The notes beneath the pieces are model-generated. The model was not told where the DNA came from, ran no database searches, and saw only the letters and a program-made list of their open reading frames with translations. A program made the position numbers and the translations under genes. DNA of 64,000 nucleotides from assembly GCA_022711175.1 (NCBI GenBank), contig JAKLFM010000001.1, forward strand, positions 69,780-133,779, read 5' to 3'. The stretch is from Bacteroidota bacterium (lineage in GTDB: Bacteria; Bacteroidota; Bacteroidia; Bacteroidales; UBA4417). Shown here piece by piece: positions 18,628 through 27,655 of the stretch; the first letter of the stretch is position 1, and every line of letters begins with the position of its first letter.

Positions 18628-19884
18628 TTAATATTCTTTTTCATACATCACCACATACGAAGCCCCGTAATGGTCCTCATAAGTCATCATTAACCTGTCA
18701 ACATGTTCCATGTTCGGTTCGAGCGGAGTATTACCCCAAACAATGTTCTGGCAAGCCAAGGTATGGCTTGTAGTTGAGGCCGGTAATCTGTCCGATCCGT
18801 ATGTACCGCTCTGGTTGGGAATTGCCTCACATTTGGGCCCTGTTCCTTCAATTTGAACCATGATGTTGTCAATCAGTGCATCCACATCAAAGTTTACGAC
18901 TCCGGCTGGCATTCTGTAAGTCCAGGTAACTTTATTCATGGTGCCGTCGCCATTGAGTGCAACCGTGGGAAACGGATACACAATATTACCATCAACATAC
19001 GACTGGTCGGGCAGGTTGAAAGTAAGGATTTCGTTGTTGTATTTTACGGTGTAGATGCCGCCGGCAGGAATGTATGATATGGGGCTGTTTGGATCGGAAA
19101 GGTACTGTGTTGAGTAAATGCGTGAATCGTCATAAGTGAGGTCACCATCCGATGGTGTATTGGCAAGCGGCGATCCGGAAGGGCCGGTAAAATAAACCTT
19201 TTCGGGAAACGAAGCATCTTCAACGGTCAGAAACAAACGGTAACCTTCGATAAGTTTGGTGTTGTCGAACGACGGGGTGAGTTGCGGCACATGAAAGTTA
19301 CCCGGTTTGATAAAGTAAATCACCGAAAGCGAGAACGACCGCCCTTCGAGCAGGTCAATAGTTCCGTTGCCGTTTACATCAGGATTCTTCAGTAGTGCCG
19401 ACAGGTAATCGTCCATGCCGGCAACAATGGTTACCTGGGCGGGAGTTAGCGGAATAGAATTGCCGATAGGATTGGATGAAGGCGTGAAAACGGCTCCGCT
19501 GCGGCTAATGCTACTAAGATTTAGCGTATCCGCGGTTTCGGCCAGATAGTGTAGCGGAAGCGTTTCGATACCGTTGCCCAGCGACAGCAGTCCGATCGGT
19601 TTGGCTGCGCTGTTCAGGAATACGAGTCCCCATGGCCTGCCGTTGTCGAGCTGCAGGCTGAAGGCGCCGTTGGCTACCTCCGATTGCTTATAATCGTTGT
19701 CAGTTGAAATGGCAAGTACAGAGGTAGCTTCGGCTGCAGTAGCATCGAGCGTTCCGGTAACGATCACGGGCGAGCCGTTTCCGTCGCCGGGAGTATCATC
19801 GTCATCTTTGTTACATCCGGTTATCAGGGCAACAACTCCTGCCATAAGGAGCACGCATAAAAGTAGTAACTTGTTGGTTTTCAT
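18628..19884 (-). CDS. Hypothetical lipoprotein
   Basis: The internal start MKTNKLLLLCVLLMAGVVALITGCNKDDDD gives a signal peptide plus lipobox. The upstream ORF extension looks spurious. Confidence 0.6.
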   Translation of the reverse strand: MKTNKLLLLCVLLMAGVVALITGCNKDDDDTPGDGNGSPVIVTGTLDATAAEATSVLAISTDNDYKQSEVANGAFSLQLDNGRPWGLVFLNSAAKPIGLLSLGNGIETLPLHYLAETADTLNLSSISRSGAVFTPSSNPIGNSIPLTPAQVTIVAGMDDYLSALLKNPDVNGNGTIDLLEGRSFSLSVIYFIKPGNFHVPQLTPSFDNTKLIEGYRLFLTVEDASFPEKVYFTGPSGSPLANTPSDGDLTYDDSRIYSTQYLSDPNSPISYIPAGGIYTVKYNNEILTFNLPDQSYVDGNIVYPFPTVALNGDGTMNKVTWTYRMPAGVVNFDVDALIDNIMVQIEGTGPKCEAIPNQSGTYGSDRLPASTTSHTLACQNIVWGNTPLEPNMEHVDRLMMTYEDHYGASYVVMYEKEY

Positions 19885-20127
19885 TTGAGTATGATTGAGG
19901 TTTGGATTGAGCGGGACTGAACAATAACATTTTGCGGTGACCAAGACACACAAATGTATTACGTTCGATTGATACTCCGGTATAATTCGCTGTATATTAA
20001 TGGCCTGCGGGGTGAAAAGTGACATCTTTATGTGAGTGATCAGGTTTTATTATAATTGCAACACAAATATGTTCCTGATCGAAAAGGAATACTTCAACAA
20101 GCTATGAATATGATAACTTATACGTTG

Positions 20128-20166
20128 AAAAACAAAAAAGCAGTCAACCTTCAAAGTTAACTGCTT
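20128..20166 (-). terminator. Intrinsic terminator candidate downstream of tRNA-His
   Basis: On the minus strand, AAGCAGT-15 nt-ACTGCTT is followed by TTTTTTGTTTTT. Confidence 0.55.
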
Positions 20167-20175
20167 GTTTTTCAG

Positions 20176-20250
20176 GGTGAAAGACGGGGCTCGAACCCGC
20201 GACCTTCAGATCCACAATCTGACGCTCTAACCAACTGAGCTACGATCACC
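20176..20250 (-). tRNA. tRNA-His (anticodon GTG) with encoded G-1
   Basis: The reverse complement folds as a cloverleaf: GGTGATCG TA GCTCAGTTGGTTAGAGC G TCAGA TTGTGGA TCTGA AGGTC GCGGGTTCGAGCCCCGT CTTTCACC. The anticodon loop TTGTGGA carries GTG. The extra 5' G pairs with C73. Confidence 0.85.
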
Positions 20251-20392
20251 GTTTAGAGGCGCAAAAGTACAAAGATTCTTGTACCCTGCTGCTGCCTGTC
20301 GCATTTTTTTGCCAGATAGTGGAAATGATTCTCATGCAATGTTCAATTTCACGCCAAATCAGGTAGCTTTGTAAAACAAAAAAAACAGAGCA

Positions 20393-21163
20393 ATGGCTGA
20401 TGTAATTGACTATACCATTCAGGGTGACGACATGCAGATTGTCACTATTGAACTCGATCCCGGCGAAGGCGTGCGTGCCGAAGCAGGCGCTATGATGTTT
20501 ATGGAACAAGGCATACAGATGGATACCGGCACCGGCGGGGGCATTTTCCAGGGTTTTAAAAGGATGATCACCGGCGAAAGCTTCTTCATCACTACCTTTT
20601 ACAACAGTGCAAACCTTAAAAGGCACGTCACTTTTGGCGCTCCATACCCCGGCAAAATCATCCCGCTTGAACTCCGCAGCCTCGGCGGTACGTTCCTGTG
20701 CCAGAAAGATTCTTTCCTCTGCGCTGCAAGGGGCATTGAGATTGACATTGCCTTTACCCGCAAAATAGGCGCGGGGCTTTTTGGCGGCGAAGGCTTCATA
20801 CTTCAGCGCCTTACCGGCGACGGCCTTGCCTTTGTGCATGCCGGAGGTTGCATTGTTGAGCGTGAACTGGCTGCAGGCGAAAGCCTGCGTGTTGATACCG
20901 GCTGCCTGGTGGCTTTCGCACCTACGGTTGATTACGATATTCAGTTTATCGGCGGGTTTAAAAATGCCCTTTTCGGAGGTGAAGGCCTGTTTATTGCTAC
21001 ACTCACAGGTCCCGGAAAAGTGTATCTCCAAAGCCTCCCGCTCTCACGGCTGGCCGACAGGATTACCTCGGCATCGCGCACCAACAGGGAACAGTCGGGC
21101 GGCGTGGCCGGCGTTGGCGGCAACATACTCGGCAGCCTGCTGGGCGGCGACCGTTCGTTTTAA
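20393..21163 (+). CDS. AIM24/TIGR00266 (DUF124) family protein
   Basis: The N-terminus YTIQGDDMQIVTIELDPGEGVRAEAGAMMFM and the Gly-rich C-terminus are typical of the family. Confidence 0.75.
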   Translation: MADVIDYTIQGDDMQIVTIELDPGEGVRAEAGAMMFMEQGIQMDTGTGGGIFQGFKRMITGESFFITTFYNSANLKRHVTFGAPYPGKIIPLELRSLGGTFLCQKDSFLCAARGIEIDIAFTRKIGAGLFGGEGFILQRLTGDGLAFVHAGGCIVERELAAGESLRVDTGCLVAFAPTVDYDIQFIGGFKNALFGGEGLFIATLTGPGKVYLQSLPLSRLADRITSASRTNREQSGGVAGVGGNILGSLLGGDRSF

Positions 21164-21205
21164 ACTATTGAACAGCGGTTGGGATTATTCCGAAATAAGA
21201 AATAC

Positions 21206-22405
21206 ATGTCCGAAGGTTCGCTGGGCAGGTTAGCATGGCAAAGGCTGCTCAAAAACCGCATTGCCGTCGCCTGTATGATTTTTATCGGCATCGCAGCGCT
21301 CATTGCCATACTGGGATACCTCATCACCCCCGATAAAACACCTTTTTCGAACGACCAGAACCTGGCACTAACAACAAAAAAACCGGGTTTCAGGATTCAA
21401 ATGCTCTATGTGAGAAAAAATGAAGAGGCCGGCAGTACCAACCTCTTCAAAACCATGCTCTTCGGCAGGAAATCAGGCTATCTATCAGTGCCTGTGACTA
21501 GTTATTCATTCACTGACAGTACCATAGTGGCAACTGAATATGAAGGGGAAAATGTTGCCGGAAATCAAACTACTTACAACCTCGCCGATGTAGTTTATGC
21601 GGTTGCGAAGACACCGGTTTTTGACCGGAATAACGGCGTATGGAAAATTAGTTGTACAGACGGAGAAAATGTGGAGGCAAAAACCGCTGACCTCAGGGAG
21701 GAAATTACAAGGAACAATATCCATAACAAAGTCTATTGGCTTGGCACTGACCGCTTTGGCCGTGATGTTCTGAGCCAGCTGCTGATTGGTTCGCGGGTTA
21801 GTTTGTCGGTAGGGATGATTTCGGTGCTGATTTCGCTGCTCATCGGTATAGCGATGGGTGCTGCAGCCGGCTATTTTGGAGGGAGTATAGATGCCGTCAT
21901 CATGTGGATTATCAATGTTATATGGTCAGTTCCTACTTTACTGCTGGTCATAGTTATCACTTTTGTGCTTGGCAAAGGTTTCTGGCAGGTTTTCATTGCT
22001 GTAGGTCTCTCCATGTGGGTAGAGGTCGCCCGTGTAGTGCGCGGGCAGGTGATGGCGTTGCGAAGCATGGAATTTGTTGAGGCAGCTAAAGCTTTGGGAT
22101 ACAGTAATTTCAGAATTATTTTCCGACACATACTACCCAATGCCATGGCGCCGGTTATTGTGATTTCGGCAGCCAATTTTGCATCGGCCATACTGCTAGA
22201 GTCGGGGCTTAGTTTCCTGGGTATCGGTGTGCAGCCCCCAATGCCATCGTGGGGCACCATGGTAAGGGAAAACTATGCTTATATCATACTCGATTACGCC
22301 TACCTTGCCATGCTGCCCGGGCTCGCAATCATGCTCATGGTGCTGGCATTTATGCTGCTTGGCAATGCCCTGCGCGACGCACTTGATGTAAAAGCTATTG
22401 GCTGA
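21206..22405 (+). CDS. ABC transporter permease (oligopeptide/dipeptide OppC/DppC type)
   Basis: An N-terminal TM segment is followed by a long loop. The BPD_transp_1 core is present with the EAA-like motif VEAAKALGYSNFRIIFRHILPN. Confidence 0.8.
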   Translation: MSEGSLGRLAWQRLLKNRIAVACMIFIGIAALIAILGYLITPDKTPFSNDQNLALTTKKPGFRIQMLYVRKNEEAGSTNLFKTMLFGRKSGYLSVPVTSYSFTDSTIVATEYEGENVAGNQTTYNLADVVYAVAKTPVFDRNNGVWKISCTDGENVEAKTADLREEITRNNIHNKVYWLGTDRFGRDVLSQLLIGSRVSLSVGMISVLISLLIGIAMGAAAGYFGGSIDAVIMWIINVIWSVPTLLLVIVITFVLGKGFWQVFIAVGLSMWVEVARVVRGQVMALRSMEFVEAAKALGYSNFRIIFRHILPNAMAPVIVISAANFASAILLESGLSFLGIGVQPPMPSWGTMVRENYAYIILDYAYLAMLPGLAIMLMVLAFMLLGNALRDALDVKAIG

Positions 22406-23930
22406 TTCCAAGCCCCATTTTTGGCCTACCGGCTTTCTGTTTCCTGAATTTCGACGATTCTTCGATGGTGCAATCAGCAGGCGATGAAGTGCCGCAATCG
22501 CCTTTGGCAAGCGAAATCCTGATTCCCATATAAAAGTCAAGTCCGGTAAAATCGGAAAAGCTGAAAAACCCGGCCGGGTTTTCGCTGCCGATAAAGAAGC
22601 CTCTATACCTCAAGGCAATGCCAACGCGGGGATCGTAGTAATTAAAAAGTGATATTGGCAGGCTCACGGCGAAATTCTTCGTTTCGTAACGCGGCGTCAC
22701 CGAGATGAGTGATTCGCGAACCACGACATTCCGGCTCATTTTAACCGGAAATATGGCCGTACTATTTATATACCAGTTCTTGTAAAAATTATAGTCTGCC
22801 TGTAGGCTCAACGCTGTCGGCAATCCAACTTTAAAACTGTTATCTGCAATAACTGCGGTTGAATCACCAAGAAAATGATAACTGATTTCACCGGTAAAAT
22901 TATTCATGGTAGTAAAATCGAGAGCACTGATGCCTGGCCAGAAAGTTGAGGCATCGTCCATGGTCATAAAATAGGCGTTTCTGTTGAACCTGATTCGGCC
23001 GATATCAAGAATTGACACACCTATGCGGTAGAGGTAAGGGGTGTATGGCTGCGAACACAATGATTGCTTATCCCAGTTTTGGTAACCCTTCACTTTTCGT
23101 TCATAAACTACGCCAATATCCATTCCAATGCCTTTCCCCCTGAAAAGTGGTCTGCCTGTGTAATCATTTGTTTCATAATCGAGCGGCAACGAAACGCCGG
23201 CTTCGCCGGTAACATGGTTAACCTGCAGGGTGTCAAGGTCGTAAACTATGTAATCGAATTTGTCAACCGAAGTAAATGCACCGGCATGGCCTGCGAGGTA
23301 ACGAAGGTTGACTCCTGCCGACCATTGGCTGAAACCGTCGCGTTTAAAGATATAAGAGTAATTCCCCCCTATTTCGGCCCACGACAAACCTGCGCCTGAA
23401 AAAAAGTCGTTGTGTATGTAGTTGATATCCTGCTGTGGCACAAAATCGAAATCATCATAAAGGAATTTAGCTACATCGTAGGGCAGCTTGCTTACCGAAG
23501 CCACCGCCCTGGCGCCAGTTATGAGTCCGAATGCATGCCGGTCGCGCACAAGCATAGCCGAAGGCCCCATAATTCGTACATTTGCATAACCCTGCTTATT
23601 GCTGGTTGTGTAATAGTCATAAGTACTCTGGTCGTTCTCGCCATGCACGGGAAATTCGGCATTTTTATCAAAAAACCTTGAAAACCGGTAAGCGGTGTCG
23701 TGGAGGTAGAGATAATTGTTTTCTTCAAAGATATCGAATGTAAGTAGGTTGATATCGAGATAATTGCGTGAAGTTACAGTTGATGCAGGATTTATAAGGG
23801 CTGAGGATATGCCTGCTGAATTGGTATTCATGATACCGAGCATCTCCTGGGCAGAGGCTGATGCAGCCATTACAAGCAAAATACCTGTAAACAATGAATT
23901 AAGGTTTCCCTTCGGTTTACATCTCATCAT
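22395..23930 (-). CDS. Hypothetical secreted, probably outer-membrane beta-barrel protein
   Basis: The signal peptide is MMRCKPKGNLNSLFTGILLVMAASASAQE. The protein is rich in alternating aromatic/Gly beta-strand patterns. Family uncertain. Confidence 0.5.
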   Translation of the reverse strand: MMRCKPKGNLNSLFTGILLVMAASASAQEMLGIMNTNSAGISSALINPASTVTSRNYLDINLLTFDIFEENNYLYLHDTAYRFSRFFDKNAEFPVHGENDQSTYDYYTTSNKQGYANVRIMGPSAMLVRDRHAFGLITGARAVASVSKLPYDVAKFLYDDFDFVPQQDINYIHNDFFSGAGLSWAEIGGNYSYIFKRDGFSQWSAGVNLRYLAGHAGAFTSVDKFDYIVYDLDTLQVNHVTGEAGVSLPLDYETNDYTGRPLFRGKGIGMDIGVVYERKVKGYQNWDKQSLCSQPYTPYLYRIGVSILDIGRIRFNRNAYFMTMDDASTFWPGISALDFTTMNNFTGEISYHFLGDSTAVIADNSFKVGLPTALSLQADYNFYKNWYINSTAIFPVKMSRNVVVRESLISVTPRYETKNFAVSLPISLFNYYDPRVGIALRYRGFFIGSENPAGFFSFSDFTGLDFYMGIRISLAKGDCGTSSPADCTIEESSKFRKQKAGRPKMGLGISQ

Positions 23931-24119
23931 AAAATTGTAAATGTTGGACACTGACAAAACAAGCAAAGTGTTCAACTGTTTATAACGATGTCGCATTGTA
24001 AAAATTGCAATGCCGGTCTCAAGCATACCCCTATTTGGAAAATCATCCGAATGTTTGTATTCTTGCATCCCCTATCAGTATAATGCGGCCTGAAAACCAC
24101 AAAACAATTCATTCATTAC

Positions 24120-24929
24120 ATGGCAAAAACAACTTTATGGTGGATCTTCGCCATATTTTTCACGCTGGCAGTAGCCGAATACCAGAAACGAACCGGCCCG
24201 ACTTACGAAATCCGCGGCAAGGCTCTCATCAACAACCAGTTGATCAAATATAAACTCATTCGCACCGCCGAAAACGATCATGATGCCGAAATAAGCCTGA
24301 AAGTTGCCGATACCACTATCCATGCTTCAATTCGATATAAGCGGTTTAAAAGTAATGATGAATGGAGCGAATCGCCTATGGCGCGTGTAGCTGACAACCT
24401 GGTTTTCATGATGCCAAAGCAGCCGGCCGCAGGAAAAATGATGTACTATATTACACTTACCAGCGGTACCGAACAGGTTAAACTGGCTGATAAGAAAGGT
24501 GAACCTGTTGTGATGCGTTTTAAAGGCCGTGTACCTCGCGGATTTCTTATCCCCCATATTCTGTTAATGTTCCTGGGACTGCTTTTCAGCTCACGCACAG
24601 CTATTGAAGCACTCATTCACGGGCGAAACACATACCAGTACTCATTGGCCACCCTGCTGTTCCTTGTTGTTGGCGGGCTCATTTTCGGACCAATTGTTCA
24701 AAAGTATGCTTTTGGCGCTTTCTGGACCGGATGGCCTTTCGGGCACGACCTTACTGACAATAAAACATTTGTAATGGTTGTGGTGTGGGTTATTGCTGCT
24801 CTGAAACTGAGAAAAGACAGGGCGAACCGCTTGTGGCCTTTGATAGCTGCCGTTTCGGTACTCGCCGTATTTCTCATCCCTCACAGCCTGCTGGGTTCCG
24901 AAATTGATTACACCAAAACTCCTCAGTAA
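24120..24929 (+). CDS. Hypothetical integral membrane protein
   Basis: An N-terminal TM segment is followed by a soluble segment of about 120 aa and four C-terminal TM segments. The stop lies 3 nt before the rhomboid gene. Confidence 0.55.
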   Translation: MAKTTLWWIFAIFFTLAVAEYQKRTGPTYEIRGKALINNQLIKYKLIRTAENDHDAEISLKVADTTIHASIRYKRFKSNDEWSESPMARVADNLVFMMPKQPAAGKMMYYITLTSGTEQVKLADKKGEPVVMRFKGRVPRGFLIPHILLMFLGLLFSSRTAIEALIHGRNTYQYSLATLLFLVVGGLIFGPIVQKYAFGAFWTGWPFGHDLTDNKTFVMVVVWVIAALKLRKDRANRLWPLIAAVSVLAVFLIPHSLLGSEIDYTKTPQ

Positions 24930-24932
24930 TTC

Positions 24933-25553
24933 ATGGCCATTACGCCGGTTATCATAGCTATTACGGCGATTGTGTCGGTACTGGCATTCAGCCGCCGCGA
25001 CATTTACCGCCGGCTTGCTTTCAACGCTTATGATATCAAGCATTTCCGCAATGGATACAGGTTCGTGTCGTATGCGCTTGTTCACGCCGACTGGATTCAT
25101 CTGCTCATTAACATGCTCGTTCTGTATTCCTTCGGGAGCGTTGTGGAGATGTATTACAACATGGTGTGGGGCGCCAAAGGGTTGTTCTATTACTTGTTGC
25201 TGTACGCTGGTGGCATTGTATTTTCAACCACTCCGGCTTTTGCAAAGCATAAAGATGATTATAGTTATACAGCCGTTGGCGCATCAGGGGCCGTATCGGC
25301 GGTGGTTTTTGCAAGCATAATCTTCGATCCGCTCAACAAAATATACCTTTTTATGATTCCAATCGGCATTCCGGCAGTGGTTTTCGGATTGTTGTACCTC
25401 GCTTACTCGTGGTATATGGCGAAGAAAAACATCGACAACATCGGACACGATGTCCACTTCTGGGGAGCAATATTCGGGTTGGTATTTACGATTGCTTTGA
25501 AACCATCGCTCGCCGTTTACTTTTTGGAACGAGTGAGAGGGCTTTTGGGTTAG
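24933..25553 (+). CDS. Rhomboid-family intramembrane serine protease
   Basis: The protein is a multi-TM protein with the HADWIHLLINM and GASGAVSAVV (GxSG) motifs. Confidence 0.8.
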   Translation: MAITPVIIAITAIVSVLAFSRRDIYRRLAFNAYDIKHFRNGYRFVSYALVHADWIHLLINMLVLYSFGSVVEMYYNMVWGAKGLFYYLLLYAGGIVFSTTPAFAKHKDDYSYTAVGASGAVSAVVFASIIFDPLNKIYLFMIPIGIPAVVFGLLYLAYSWYMAKKNIDNIGHDVHFWGAIFGLVFTIALKPSLAVYFLERVRGLLG

Positions 25554-26113
25554 TTGAGGTAAGGATTGTCGGGATGATTTATCCATAAGGCATACTCGTC
25601 GCCTAACGACAATACTAAATTTTTCCAGAGCGATTTGGGTGATTTTGTCCAAACATGGCTCAAATCAGCAGGTTTTACCACCCACGAATGTTCCTTCAGT
25701 TCACGATCGAGCTGTTTTGGACTCCAGCCCGAATAACCGACAAAAAACCTGATTTCGGTAGGTAAAAGCTTTCCCGAATTCAGGGAATCCTTAACAACAT
25801 CAATATTTCCACCCCACCACAGCCCTTCGATCACCGGCACACTGCCTTCTATTGCATTGCCTGCCCTGTGCAGATAATACAGGTTATCCATCATCACCGG
25901 TCCGCCGAGGAAAACGGCAGAATCAAGCGCGCCAAATTCGGAGGTTACTTCATGTAATTTCACACCCGACGGCTTATTTACCACAAAACCAAATGAACCT
26001 TCGGCATTATGGTCAACCAGCAAAACTACCGAATGGCCGAAAAAGCCGTCGTGCAGCGAAGGTTCGCTGATAAGGATTTTACCCCGCGATGGCAGTTCGG
26101 TGCTTTTATTCAT
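25550..26113 (-). CDS. YqgE/AlgH family protein (UPF0301)
   Basis: GKILISEPSL..F..SVVLLVDHN..GSFGFVVNKP and GGPV are typical. I prefer the internal ATG at 26113. Confidence 0.8.
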   Translation of the reverse strand: MNKSTELPSRGKILISEPSLHDGFFGHSVVLLVDHNAEGSFGFVVNKPSGVKLHEVTSEFGALDSAVFLGGPVMMDNLYYLHRAGNAIEGSVPVIEGLWWGGNIDVVKDSLNSGKLLPTEIRFFVGYSGWSPKQLDRELKEHSWVVKPADLSHVWTKSPKSLWKNLVLSLGDEYALWINHPDNPYLN

Positions 26114-26212
26114 GGCATGAGTATCGTGGTGCAAAATTACTCAATAGAATACAACCCGGCGATCAATCTGTATTAAAACGGCAATTTGTAATTTGTATTA
26201 TAGTAATTTTGA

Positions 26213-27655
26213 ATGCTGCAACACTTAAACACTGCCAAAGTTGCCGCATTCCGGATAATGCAAAAAAAATCTGAAGGACAGCAAAAATTTGATCAATTCC
26301 GACACGAATTCGATTACTTCGAATACGTTGGCTATCAAGCCGGTATTGTGGACAGCGGCATCAGGGTTATCTACAACTTTAACCTTGCCGGGAAATATTC
26401 CTTTCATCCAACTTTCAATATACCTGCGAGGAAGTTTTACACAAAACCGTTTGATGCTGCGCTGCTCAATGCGCCTGAGATGCAGTACCTGCTGTTCAAT
26501 ATCGGCATGATCGAACTCATCAGTTACTGGAAGGCTGCATGTCCAAAAAAAGTGATCGTAAAGAATCAATCGCTTAACCCTCAACAGATTGCATGGTGGA
26601 AGAAAGTGTACTACAATGGATTGGGAGAGTTTTTTTATACCAATGAGATCAGCTGCACACTAGAAGATTTCATGGAAATAGAATCACAAGGGCCTGTGGC
26701 AGAAAAGTTTGAACTCAAACCTTCGGGTGATGTCATTGTACCGGTTGGCGGCGGCAAAGATTCTATTGTTACACTCGAGATGCTTCGCAACGAATTCCGT
26801 GTCAGGCCCTTTATCATGAATCCAAGGGGAGCGACCCTCGAAACCGTATTTACTGCCAGGTTCGGCAGGCACGAAATCATCGAAGTAAACCGCAGCATTG
26901 ACCTTGAGCTCCTTCGACTCAACGAGCAGGGTTTCTTAAACGGCCATACGCCCTTCTCAGCTATGCTTGCCTTTTATTCACTGCTGGTTTCGTGGCTCAG
27001 CGGCATTGGCAACATTGCCCTGAGCAATGAATCAAGCGCCAACGAATCTACTGTTGCCGGAAGCACCGTTAACCACCAGTATTCAAAATCATTTGAATTT
27101 GAAAAAGACTTCAGAGAATATGTAAGCGATTGGTTATCTGACGGTTTCAACTATTTCAGTTTCCTGCGGCCTCTCAATGAGTTGCAGATTGCCGGTCTGT
27201 TTGCCGATCATGTAAGATATTATCCGGTATTTAAAAGTTGTAATGTAGGCAGCAAAACCGATGTATGGTGCGGTAACTGCGCCAAATGCCTGTTTGCATG
27301 GATCATCCTCAGCCCCTTTATTCCGCTCGACGAATTGATTCACATATTTGGCAAAAACCTTTACGAAGACGCGTCACTGATCGGATACCTGAAACAATTA
27401 ACCGGTATTGATGATGTAAAGCCGTTTGAGTGCGTAGGAACCATTGACGAAGTAAATGCAGCACTGGTCATGTTCATTCGAAGGCAACAAGGCAAATGGG
27501 CGTTGCTGACCGATTATTACAGCAATACAGTTAAATACAACGAGTATAGGAATTTTGATACGGATGTGTTGCTGAAAAGCATTAACACTGAACATTTCCT
27601 GCAACCCGGATTTATGGAAATCATGCAACAGCGTTTATCATGCAAGATCTGGTAA
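26213..27655 (+). CDS. PP-loop-like ATP-pyrophosphatase-fold protein of unknown function (MurL-type epimerase candidate)
   Basis: VPVGGGKDSIVTLE resembles the SGGxDS PP-loop. A C-terminal Cys cluster CNVGSKTDVWCGNCAKC is present. The stop overlaps the next gene's start by 16 nt. Confidence 0.55.
   Translation: MLQHLNTAKVAAFRIMQKKSEGQQKFDQFRHEFDYFEYVGYQAGIVDSGIRVIYNFNLAGKYSFHPTFNIPARKFYTKPFDAALLNAPEMQYLLFNIGMIELISYWKAACPKKVIVKNQSLNPQQIAWWKKVYYNGLGEFFYTNEISCTLEDFMEIESQGPVAEKFELKPSGDVIVPVGGGKDSIVTLEMLRNEFRVRPFIMNPRGATLETVFTARFGRHEIIEVNRSIDLELLRLNEQGFLNGHTPFSAMLAFYSLLVSWLSGIGNIALSNESSANESTVAGSTVNHQYSKSFEFEKDFREYVSDWLSDGFNYFSFLRPLNELQIAGLFADHVRYYPVFKSCNVGSKTDVWCGNCAKCLFAWIILSPFIPLDELIHIFGKNLYEDASLIGYLKQLTGIDDVKPFECVGTIDEVNAALVMFIRRQQGKWALLTDYYSNTVKYNEYRNFDTDVLLKSINTEHFLQPGFMEIMQQRLSCKIW

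Noticed and set aside
20026-20392. I considered tRNA-His as an integration site of a genomic island or prophage.
   Set aside because: No integrase, excisionase or direct repeat of the tRNA 3' end is present within the flanking genes. Both neighbours look like ordinary chromosomal genes.
20246-21031. A 261-aa ORF on the minus strand spans the tRNA-His flank and most of the AIM24-family gene.
   Set aside because: It is antisense to a well-supported gene (20393-21163). Its A/G/F/K-rich shadow composition has no recognisable motifs. It would also start inside the tRNA-His gene.
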